Assembly: GCA_046498225.1 (NCBI GenBank)
Contig: JAWOBF010000103.1
Location: forward strand, 1-11,628
DNA from: Candidatus Aegiribacteria sp.
GTDB lineage: Bacteria; Fermentibacterota; Fermentibacteria; Fermentibacterales; JCC-6
Direction: 5' to 3'
Length of the DNA stretch: 11,628 bases
The notes beneath the pieces were generated by a model that saw only the letters and a program-made list of their open reading frames with translations, was not told the DNA's origin and did not search any database. Both the position numbers and the translations under genes were made by a program. This document shows positions 1 to 6,750 of the stretch, piece after piece; positions within the stretch are counted from its first letter, which is position 1, and each line of letters starts with the position of its first letter.

Positions 1-132
1 ATTTGTACATTTAATGGGATTAATCATATCGAGTTTTGATGAAAAAGTACCTGAGGATACTGAAGAAGAACTTAGGATGAGTACTGTATTCTATGCGATT
101 GCTGATGCTCTTAAGGAAGTAGAAGATCATGG

Positions 133-203
133 TGCTTACGCCGGAGCAAACTTTACACTTTCGCCGGCCGAAACTTTACAGTCTTACCGGAGCAAAGTTT
201 ACA
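133..203. mobile_element. Orphan insertion-sequence end, IS21-family-like
   Basis: The segment starts TG (133-134) and is followed by tandem units with a 23-bp period, the architecture of IS21-family ends. It coincides with a composition switch. No transposase gene follows it. Confidence 0.5.
135..203 (+). repeat. Three tandem imperfect 23-bp direct repeats
   Basis: 135-157 CTTACGCCGGAGCAAACTTTACA; 158-180 CTTTCGCCGGCCGAAACTTTACA; 181-203 GTCTTACCGGAGCAAAGTTTACA. Units 1 and 2 match at 19/23; units 1 and 3 match at 16/17 over the core. Confidence 0.9.
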
Positions 204-206
204 AAC

Positions 207-346
207 TGGCAAGACGGAACGCTGTCGGCTGAATTCCGGCAACCGTATGACATGATTGTAGATACGAAGAAGGTCTATGATGAGAGAAAGGCTGCCGGAG
301 AGTCTCCTGACAGCCTTTTGGAACTTTGGTACCCCCGACGGGATTC
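207..346 (+). pseudogene. C-terminal remnant of a probable large serine recombinase/integrase
   Basis: Translation WQDGTLSAEFRQPYDMIVDTKKVYDERKAAGESPDSLLELWYPRRDS resembles, from memory, the W.dG.L...frqPfD.l...W.p..DS tail of tRNA-adjacent serine recombinases, whose last codons are the antisense tRNA 3' end. No catalytic domain is present. Confidence 0.55.
327..346 (-). repeat. Duplicated tRNA 3' end (att-like site)
   Basis: TGGTACCCCCGACGGGATTC (327-346) matches TGGTACGCCCGACAGGATTC (459-478, 3' end of tRNA-Arg) at 18/20, including the CCA. Confidence 0.75.
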
Positions 347-373
347 CCTTCGACTCGCTGCGCTCGCTCAGGG
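346..373 (-). repeat. REP-like imperfect palindrome
   Basis: The minus strand reads CCCTGAGCGAGCGCAGCGAGTCGAAGGG, with a CCCT/AGGG stem, tandem GA/GA mismatches and a GC-GCA-GC cap. It resembles the CCTGAGC...GTCGAAGG class of extragenic palindromes. Confidence 0.55.
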
Positions 374-417
374 TATACTCACCGTTCGAATCTTTGATTC
401 GAGGTCCGAATCCTGTG

Positions 418-458
418 AAAAAAGCAGGGGGACGGAGGTGCAGCCTCCGTCCCCTTGT
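418..458 (-). terminator. Intrinsic terminator of the tRNA operon
   Basis: Perfect 11-bp stem GGGGACGGAGG (428-438) / CCTCCGTCCCC (444-454) with a 5-nt loop. A6 at 418-423 gives U6 on the minus strand. It lies directly after the tRNA-Arg CCA. Confidence 0.88.
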
Positions 459-535
459 TGGTACGCCCGACAGGATTCGAACCTGTGGCCTGCGGATTAG
501 AAGTCCGCTGCTCTATCCAGCTGAGCTACGGGCGC
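459..535 (-). tRNA. tRNA-Arg(TCT)
   Basis: Minus strand: acceptor GCGCCCG/CGGGCGT, anticodon arm GCGGA-CTTCTAA-TCCGC, T loop GGTTCGAATCC, encoded CCA; 77 nt. Confidence 0.97.
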
Positions 536-550
536 ATTGCGTATGTAATA

Positions 551-583
551 TAGTACCGCGGGGCGCAGGGGCCCCGCGGACTA
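551..583. other. GC-rich hairpin in the tRNA-Lys/tRNA-Arg spacer
   Basis: CCGCGGGGC (556-564) pairs with GCCCCGCGG (571-579) around a 6-nt loop, extendable by TAGT/ACTA with one bulge. Confidence 0.7.
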
Positions 584-585
584 TC

Positions 586-661
586 TGGTACGCCCCCCGG
601 GAATCGAACCCGGAACCTACGGATTAAGAGTCCGTTGCTCTGCCAATTGAGCTAGGGACGC
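586..661 (-). tRNA. tRNA-Lys(CTT)
   Basis: Minus strand: acceptor GCGTCCC/GGGGCGT, anticodon arm ACGGA-CTCTTAA-TCCGT, T loop GGTTCGATTCC, encoded CCA; 76 nt. Confidence 0.97.
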
Positions 662-665
662 ATTG

Positions 666-742
666 TGGGGTGGGAGACCGGACTTGAACCGGCGACCACC
701 TGATCCACAGTCAGGGGCTCTACCAACTGAACTACTCCCACC
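666..742 (-). tRNA. tRNA-His(GTG), including the encoded G-1
   Basis: Minus strand: G-1 then acceptor GTGGGAG/CTCCCAC, C73 discriminator, anticodon arm CCTGA-CTGTGGA-TCAGG, T loop GGTTCAAGTCC, encoded CCA. Confidence 0.97.
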
Positions 743-756
743 GCAGGAACCCGATG

Positions 757-785
757 ATTCTATTGATAACGGTGTACCTCGTCAA
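757..785 (-). promoter_or_regulatory. Sigma70-type promoter of the tRNA operon
   Basis: Minus strand TTGACG (785-780), 17-bp spacer, TAGAAT (762-757), 14 nt upstream of tRNA-His. Confidence 0.85.
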
Positions 786-790
786 GGATA

Positions 791-819
791 TTTACTATTA
801 TTCTGCGTACTTGTACAGT
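791..819 (+). promoter_or_regulatory. Candidate sigma70 promoter for nrdR-rnf-selAB
   Basis: TTTACT (791-796), 17-bp spacer, TACAGT (814-819). Each box matches consensus at only 4/6. It sits back to back with the tRNA promoter. Confidence 0.35.
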
Positions 820-871
820 CCGGAGGGATTTTGTTCCTTATCATTCGATGAACCGGTTATGGAGTTAACGC

Positions 872-1321
872 ATGAAATGTCCCCGCTGTTCCAGCATGGA
901 TGACAGGGTGATAGATTCCCGTACGGTGCGGGACGGGGAGGCGACCAGGCGAAGGAGGGAATGCGCCGAGTGCGGCTACCGGTTCACCACATACGAGTAC
1001 ATCGAGCAGTCTTTCCCCGTGGTGGTGAAGAACGACGGAAGGCGGGAGCCGTTCGATCGGCACAAGCTGGAGAAGGGCGTGGAGAGGGCCTGCGAGAAGA
1101 GGCCTGTATCGGCGGAGGAGCTGCGAGAACTCATAGACCGGGTCATCGCCAAGATTACCGAGGAGTTCCCGGAGGAGGTCTCCGTGAAGTTCATCGGCGA
1201 GCGGGTCATGGAGCTCCTGCATGAAGTCGACCAGGTGGCCTATGTGCGCTTCGCCAGCGTGTACAGGAAATTCAAGGACGTATCCCAGTTCAAGGAAGAG
1301 CTGGACAAGCTTCTGAAGTAG
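872..1321 (+). CDS. nrdR: Transcriptional repressor NrdR
   Basis: Zn-ribbon MKCPRC...VIDSR...RRRRECAECGYRFTTYE, ATP-cone VVKNDGRREPFDRHKL, and C-terminal DQVAYVRFASVYRKFKDV; 149 aa; GGAG ribosome-binding site at 861-864. Confidence 0.97.
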   Translation: MKCPRCSSMDDRVIDSRTVRDGEATRRRRECAECGYRFTTYEYIEQSFPVVVKNDGRREPFDRHKLEKGVERACEKRPVSAEELRELIDRVIAKITEEFPEEVSVKFIGERVMELLHEVDQVAYVRFASVYRKFKDVSQFKEELDKLLK

Positions 1322-1347
1322 CATCAGACCGGAAACCGAGGAGGCAT

Positions 1348-2658
1348 ATGACCAAGGCCAGAACTTTCAGGGGGGGTACCCACCCTCCCGGACACAAGAA
1401 CCTCTCGTCGGACCAGCCCATCAGGAGGATACCCGCCCCGGAGAAGGTCAGGGTGCCGCTATGCCAGCATCTCGGCGCTCCCTCCAGTCCCGTGGTGTCC
1501 AAGGGAGACAAGGTCAAAAGAGGACAGGAAATAGGCGCGCAGAGCGGCTTCATCAGCCTGCCTACGCATTCTCCGGTGAACGGTACCGTGCTGTCCGTGG
1601 AGGATGTTCCCATGCCCCACAGGAGGACGGGACCGGCGGTGATAATTGAGACCGAATCCGAGGAGGGCGGAAGCGTATTCCAGGGATGGGACGATTACAG
1701 CGCCCATTCCCCCCAGGAGATAATAGAGAGGATAAAGCTGGCCGGTGTTTGCGGCATGGGCGGAGCCAGCTTCCCAACCTACGTGAAACTCTCCCCTCCG
1801 CCGGACAAGAAGATAGACACGCTTATCATCAACGGTGTGGAATGCGAGCCCTACCTTACCGCAGACCACCGCCTGATGCTGGAGAACCCGGACGACATAA
1901 TACTGGGAATGGACATACTGGCCTACGCCCTGGGGGTCCAGCGGTGCTTGATAGGCATCGAGGTGAACAAGCCGGACGCCATCAGCGTGATGGAGGAAAA
2001 GGGCCGCGAGGTGCTTCCCCTGCGGGTGAGCTACCCTCAGGGAGCTGAGAAACAGCTGATAGACGCGGCGGTAGGCAGGGAGGTACCCTCCGGGGGACTT
2101 CCCCTGGACATAGGCGTGGTGGTCCAGAACGTCGGGACGGCGGCAGCGGTGGCCAGGGCTGTAAGGGATGGAGAGCCTTCCCTTCGAAGGATAATCACGG
2201 TGACCGGAGGCGGCGTCGCCTCCCCCGGCAACTACGACGCCTGCGTCGGTACGCTATTCACGCGGCTGATAGAGGAGTCCGGCGGATACACCGAGGACGT
2301 GGAGAGACTGGTGAGCGGCGGGCCGATGATGGGCATCTCCCTCTTCACCGATGAGGTCCCGGTAACCAAGGGCACCAGCGGAGTGCTGGCCCTTACCGCT
2401 GCGGAGGCCAGGGAGGCCGCCGAGGGGCCGTGCATACGCTGCGGCAAATGCGTGGACGCCTGCCCCCTTCGCCTGACCCCGAACCTCATAGCGCAGGCTT
2501 CGGAGAACATGCGTTGGGACCTGGCCGAGGAATTCGGCGCGCTGGACTGCATGGCCTGCGGAACCTGCAGCTACGTGTGCCCCGCGGGCAGGTATCTCGT
2601 GCATTACATCAAGAAAGCCCAGGACGCCATCAGGTCCAACAGGGGGAAGGAGGCGTAA
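1348..2658 (+). CDS. rnfC: Rnf complex subunit C (NADH/FMN-binding, two 4Fe-4S clusters)
   Basis: FRGGTHPP N-terminus, GMGGASFPT, INGVECEPYLTADHRLM, YPQGAEKQLI, GGPMMG, CIRCGKCVDACP and CMACGTCSYVCP; GAGGAGG ribosome-binding site. Confidence 0.96.
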   Translation: MTKARTFRGGTHPPGHKNLSSDQPIRRIPAPEKVRVPLCQHLGAPSSPVVSKGDKVKRGQEIGAQSGFISLPTHSPVNGTVLSVEDVPMPHRRTGPAVIIETESEEGGSVFQGWDDYSAHSPQEIIERIKLAGVCGMGGASFPTYVKLSPPPDKKIDTLIINGVECEPYLTADHRLMLENPDDIILGMDILAYALGVQRCLIGIEVNKPDAISVMEEKGREVLPLRVSYPQGAEKQLIDAAVGREVPSGGLPLDIGVVVQNVGTAAAVARAVRDGEPSLRRIITVTGGGVASPGNYDACVGTLFTRLIEESGGYTEDVERLVSGGPMMGISLFTDEVPVTKGTSGVLALTAAEAREAAEGPCIRCGKCVDACPLRLTPNLIAQASENMRWDLAEEFGALDCMACGTCSYVCPAGRYLVHYIKKAQDAIRSNRGKEA

Positions 2659-3789
2659 ATGGCACAGCCCAGAAAATTCGAACTGGCGATGTCTCCTCAC
2701 GTCATCTCCAGCCAGACCACCCGCAAGATAATGTTCGACGTTGTTATCGCCCTGCTTCCCGCCCTGGCGGCGGCCACCTGGTTCTTCGGTCCCAGGGCGC
2801 TGTTCATCGTGCTCATCAGCGTGGCCACGGCGATGGGCGCGGAGTACCTGTGCCTCAAGTTCATGAAGAGACCGGTGAGCTTCGCGCTCGACGGCAGCGC
2901 CATCGTCACCGGAATGCTTCTGGCGTACAACCTTCCATCGGGAGTTCCCCTGTGGCTGCCAGTGCTGGGTACCGCCTTCGCGATAGTGGTTGGAAAACAG
3001 GCTTTCGGGGGGCTGGGACACAATATCGTGAACCCCGCTCTGCTGGGAAGGGCCTTCCTGGTGGCGAGCTTTCCCGTCCTGATGACCGCGGGATGGACCC
3101 CTCCGGAGGCATGGCGCTACGGGGAGGAAACCCCCTTCGGGACCAGCGCCATCACCATGGAGGAGATGAGTTCCATTCCCGAAGTGGACGCCGTGTCCGG
3201 CGCTACACCTCTAAACGTTCTTAAACAGACCTTCGACCTCGACGCTACCGCGCGGAACGCGCGTCAGGAGGGGGACCTGGTCGCGGCGGAGTACGCGGAG
3301 GAGCAGGCGAGTTCCGTGAGGACGGCCCTCTACAGCGCCTCCACCTACCGCAACCTGCTTGTGGGAAGAAGGGGCGGCTGCCTGGGGGAGACCTCCATCA
3401 TCCTGCTGCTGGTCGGCGGCATCTACCTGGTGATGCGCGGTGTTCTCGAGCTGAGGCTTCCCCTGAGCTACCTGGGAACCGTCGCCCTGTTCGCGTGGAT
3501 CTTCGGCGGAAGCGGCTGGTTCAACGGAGACCCGGTGTTCCACGTGCTCTCCGGTGGAGTGGTCCTGGGAGGCATCTTCATGGTGTCCGACATGGTCACC
3601 ACACCGGTTACGCCGAGGGGCAGGATTATCTTCGGGCTGGGAGCCGGCCTCATCACCATGGTCATCCGCAGGTGGGGCGGGTATCCCGAGGGGTGCTCCT
3701 ACTCCATACTGCTCATGAACCTCGCCACTCCTCTGATAGACAGATACACCAGACCCAGGGTCTTCGGGGAGGTGACAGACAATGGCTGA
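2659..3789 (+). CDS. rnfD: Rnf complex membrane subunit D
   Basis: SPH...TRKIMFDV, DGSAIVTGMLLA, KQAFGGLGHNIVNPALLGRAFL, covalent-FMN motif SGATPL, GCLGETS, YPEG and PLIDRY. Confidence 0.96.
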   Translation: MAQPRKFELAMSPHVISSQTTRKIMFDVVIALLPALAAATWFFGPRALFIVLISVATAMGAEYLCLKFMKRPVSFALDGSAIVTGMLLAYNLPSGVPLWLPVLGTAFAIVVGKQAFGGLGHNIVNPALLGRAFLVASFPVLMTAGWTPPEAWRYGEETPFGTSAITMEEMSSIPEVDAVSGATPLNVLKQTFDLDATARNARQEGDLVAAEYAEEQASSVRTALYSASTYRNLLVGRRGGCLGETSIILLLVGGIYLVMRGVLELRLPLSYLGTVALFAWIFGGSGWFNGDPVFHVLSGGVVLGGIFMVSDMVTTPVTPRGRIIFGLGAGLITMVIRRWGGYPEGCSYSILLMNLATPLIDRYTRPRVFGEVTDNG

Positions 3790-4438
3790 GATGCTGAAGC
3801 TGGGCCTTGTCCTGATGCTGGTAGCGCTGGTGGCCGCCGTGGCCCTGGGGCTTGTCAACAGCAGGACCGCGCCCATGATAGCCGAGCAGAAGGAGATGGA
3901 CAAGCAGAACGCCATGAGACAGGTGGCGGAGAACCTCAGTCCCGGGGACAGCCTGAGATTCGATTCCCTCACGGTGGAGGGGCTGGAGAATCCCTACGCC
4001 GGAGTGGACCACGAACTGGAAGTGGTTAAGGTTTCCGTCCCTCCGGACACCTCCCGCATAGGCTACCTGTTCATAGCGTACGGAAAGGGCTACTCCAGCA
4101 CCATTCAGACAATGGTGGGAGTGGACGCCGGCGGGACCGTGGCCGGCTCCACCATTCTCCTGCAGCAGGAGACGCCGGGACTGGGCGCCAACGTGGAGAA
4201 CCCCTCCAAACTCATAGAACATTACAGCGGCCGTTCCGCCTGGGAGATAGTCCTGGCGAAGGACGGCGGGGATATAGACGCCATAACCGGCAGCACCATA
4301 ACCTCCAGGGCGGTGACCAATTCCGTGAGGGAGGGTCTCGAGGCCATGGAGGAGGCGGGCCTGTTCGGCGTTGTGGAACAGGAGACGGAGAGCTGTCCCG
4401 AGGAACCGCGGACCGACGGGGAAGGAGGTGCGGAATGA
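3782..4438 (+). CDS. rnfG: Rnf complex subunit G
   Basis: N-terminal transmembrane anchor, GKGYSSTI, QETPGLG and FMN-attachment motif DAITGSTITSRAV. Confidence 0.93.
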   Translation: MAEMLKLGLVLMLVALVAAVALGLVNSRTAPMIAEQKEMDKQNAMRQVAENLSPGDSLRFDSLTVEGLENPYAGVDHELEVVKVSVPPDTSRIGYLFIAYGKGYSSTIQTMVGVDAGGTVAGSTILLQQETPGLGANVENPSKLIEHYSGRSAWEIVLAKDGGDIDAITGSTITSRAVTNSVREGLEAMEEAGLFGVVEQETESCPEEPRTDGEGGAE

Positions 4439-5046
4439 GCCTGGTCAGAGACCTTACCAACGGCATCTACCGGGAGAACCCGGTCTTCAAGCTCGCGCTC
4501 GGCATGTGCCCGTTCCTGGCGGTTACCACCTCGGTGGAGAACGCTCTCGGCATGGGAGCCGCGGCCACCTTCGTGCTGATAAGCTCGAACTTCCTGGTCT
4601 CCCTTCTGCGGAACCTCATTCCCTCCAAGGTGAGGATACCGTGCTACATAGTCATAATCGCCACGTTCGTGACCCTGGTGGACATGGTCATGAACGCCTA
4701 CCTGCCGGACCTGCACCGGAGCCTGGGAATTTTCATTCCGCTCATAGTGGTGAACTGCATAATACTGGGCAGGGCGGAAGGCTTCGCCAACAGGCACCCG
4801 GTGCTCAACTCGCTGGCGGACGCCGTGGGCATGGGACTGGGCTTCACGCTGGCCATGGTGATACTGGCCACCTTCAGGGAGCTTCTGGGCAACGGGACAT
4901 GGCTGAACATCAACCTGCTGGGGTCCCGTTTTCAGGAGCAGCCCCTTCTTATAGCCATTCTGGCCCCGGGGGCCTTCATACTGCTGGGATTCATACTGGG
5001 GTTCTTCAACATACTTGAGAAACGCAGAGGAGGTGGACAGCGATGA
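4435..5046 (+). CDS. rnfE: Rnf complex membrane subunit E
   Basis: ENPVFKLALGMCPFLAVTTS, VRIPCYIVIIATFV, LGIFIPLIVVNCIILGRAE, RELLGNG and PGAF. Confidence 0.96.
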   Translation: MSLVRDLTNGIYRENPVFKLALGMCPFLAVTTSVENALGMGAAATFVLISSNFLVSLLRNLIPSKVRIPCYIVIIATFVTLVDMVMNAYLPDLHRSLGIFIPLIVVNCIILGRAEGFANRHPVLNSLADAVGMGLGFTLAMVILATFRELLGNGTWLNINLLGSRFQEQPLLIAILAPGAFILLGFILGFFNILEKRRGGGQR

Positions 5047-5687
5047 ACTCCACGATGCTTCTATCGGCCCTTCTCTCGGCTCCGGAAACCGGAAGTTCCG
5101 GCTTCGACCTGGGGAGGATGATGGCCATAATCATATCGGCCATCTTCGTGAACAACTTCGTGCTCTCCCGCTTCCTGGGGATCTGTCCTTTCCTGGGCGT
5201 CTCCAAGCAGCTGGATTCCGCGCTGGGGATGGGCGCCGCGGTCATATTTGTCATGACCCTTGCCACCCTGGGCTCCTGGACGGTCTTCAACCTGCTGCTG
5301 GTCCCTATGGAGCTGACATACCTGAGGACCATAGCCTTCATACTGATAATAGCATCCCTGGTTCAGCTGGTGGAGATGATACTTCAGAAGTTCAGCCCCA
5401 CACTCTACCAGGCCCTGGGAATATTCCTGCCCCTCATCACCACCAACTGCGCCATTCTTGGTGTTGCGGTGCTGAACATCGACGAGAAGTACAGCCTGGG
5501 TTACTCGCTTGTGCACGCCATCGCCGCGGGAATAGGCTTCACCCTGGCGCTGGTGCTGATGGCCGGCCTGAGGCAGAGGCTGGAACTGGCCGACGTGCCC
5601 CCGGCACTGAAGGGCAAGCCGGTGGCCTTCCTGGTGGCCGGTGTGATGTCCATGGCCTTCCTCGGCTTCGCCGGACTGGGGGGCTGA
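5043..5687 (+). CDS. rnfA: Rnf complex membrane subunit A
   Basis: [53 protein letters not shown] and MSMAFLGF. The start is either 5043 (GAGGAGGT site, ATGA overlap) or 5118/5121. Confidence 0.96.
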   Translation: MNSTMLLSALLSAPETGSSGFDLGRMMAIIISAIFVNNFVLSRFLGICPFLGVSKQLDSALGMGAAVIFVMTLATLGSWTVFNLLLVPMELTYLRTIAFILIIASLVQLVEMILQKFSPTLYQALGIFLPLITTNCAILGVAVLNIDEKYSLGYSLVHAIAAGIGFTLALVLMAGLRQRLELADVPPALKGKPVAFLVAGVMSMAFLGFAGLGG

Positions 5688-5688
5688 C

Positions 5689-6750
5689 ATGAACATTCCC
5701 GCGATACTGACGGTTATCCTGCCGGGCCAGGAATCACTGGCCGATTCTGTGGGCAATCCCGCCCTGGTGCTGGGCGCCATGGGACTCATCCTCGGGCTGG
5801 GACTGGCCTACGCCGCGCGCAAGCTGGCAGTTGCCAGGGATCCGAGGGTGGAGAAGATCAACAGCATCCTTCCAGGGGCCAACTGCGGGGGCTGCGGCTA
5901 CCCCGGGTGCGTCCAGTTCGCCGAGGCGGTGGCAAGGGGGGAGGCTCCCCCCGACGGCTGCGTGGCGGCCAGCGCGGAGATCAACCTGAAGATTGCCGAA
6001 GCCGTGGGGAGCGAGGTGGGCGAGAAGGCCCGGCTGGTGGCCAGGGTGCACTGCAACGGGGGACATTCCGCCTCCGACAGTTTCCAGTACCACGGCCCCG
6101 GCGACTGTGTCTCCGCTTCCATGGTGATGGGGGGTCAGAAGACCTGCTCCTACGGCTGCCTGGGCTTCGGCGACTGCGTGGCGGTATGTCCTTTCGACGC
6201 CATCGAGATGGGGGACAACGGCGTTCCGGTGGTGGACGACGACGCCTGCACCGGATGCGCCAAGTGCGTGGCGGTTTGCCCCAAGGACATAATAGCGCTG
6301 TGGCCGGTGGACCGAGAGGTGGTGGTGGCCTGCTCCAGCAGGGACAAGGGAGGGGTGGCCAGAAAGGCCTGCACCGTGGCCTGCATAGCATGCAGAAAGT
6401 GCGAGAAGGTATGCCCGGTGGACGCCGTCACCGTGGACGACTTCCTTGCGGTAATCGACCCGGACAAATGCATAAACTGCGGCCTGTGCGCCACCGAATG
6501 CCCCACCGGCGCCATCATAGACGGCGCCCCCGCCAGGCCCAGGGCCTACATAGACAGCAGCTGCGTGGGATGCACGCTCTGCGCGAAGGTGTGCCCGGTG
6601 GACGCGATTTCCGGCGAGCTGAAGGAAAGGCACGAGGTGGACATAGAGAAATGCATCGGCTGCGGGCTCTGCGTTCCCAAGTGCCCGAAGAACTCCATCA
6701 ACCTCATCGGCGCCAAGTCCTACCAGCAGGACAGGGAGTTCCAGGCATGA
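5689..6750 (+). CDS. rnfB: Rnf complex subunit B, polyferredoxin type
   Basis: N-terminal transmembrane helix, [14 protein letters not shown], then six ferredoxin-type Cys motifs each ending in CP. Confidence 0.95.
   Translation: MNIPAILTVILPGQESLADSVGNPALVLGAMGLILGLGLAYAARKLAVARDPRVEKINSILPGANCGGCGYPGCVQFAEAVARGEAPPDGCVAASAEINLKIAEAVGSEVGEKARLVARVHCNGGHSASDSFQYHGPGDCVSASMVMGGQKTCSYGCLGFGDCVAVCPFDAIEMGDNGVPVVDDDACTGCAKCVAVCPKDIIALWPVDREVVVACSSRDKGGVARKACTVACIACRKCEKVCPVDAVTVDDFLAVIDPDKCINCGLCATECPTGAIIDGAPARPRAYIDSSCVGCTLCAKVCPVDAISGELKERHEVDIEKCIGCGLCVPKCPKNSINLIGAKSYQQDREFQA

Larger units (their letters stand above)
2..232 (+). pseudogene. 3' part of an AT-rich hypothetical gene, open from the window edge and probably interrupted near base 133
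   Basis: The frame is open from base 2 (FVHLMGLIISSFDEK...) to TGA at 230-232. Bases 1-132 are about 35% GC by hand count, well below the operon. After 133 the frame runs through 23-bp DNA repeats, so the tail is probably not native coding sequence. Confidence 0.4.

Noticed and set aside
135..203. CRISPR array
   Set aside because: The repeats are contiguous with no unique spacers, and no cas genes are present in the window.
459..665. tRNA-Arg and tRNA-Lys as a recent duplication with anticodon switch (shared CAAT leader, similar stems, same CGTACCA end)
   Set aside because: The D and T arms differ at many positions, and I cannot distinguish the similarity from ordinary tRNA conservation without a phylogeny.
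459..742. One of the tRNAs being tRNA-Sec (selC)
   Set aside because: The anticodons are TCT, CTT and GTG, the lengths are 76-77 nt, and there is no long variable arm.
277..851. ORFs 277-627 and 663-851
   Set aside because: They are antisense translations of the tRNA genes, terminator and promoter.
743..871. NrdR box or Rex box in the divergent promoter region
   Set aside because: I saw no convincing match to either palindromic consensus by eye; only weak GTAC repeats occur at 807-816.
5907..6746. N-terminal 280 residues of the 744-aa ORF, suggesting an extended SelA or an RnfB-SelA frameshift fusion
   Set aside because: It is Arg/Gly-rich off-frame translation overlapping the clearly real rnfB. 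SelA similarity begins after ATG 6747, which has its own ribosome-binding site.
1348..6750. Selenocysteine-containing Rnf subunit
   Set aside because: All six ORFs are full length, with Cys at the cluster positions and no internal in-frame TGA.
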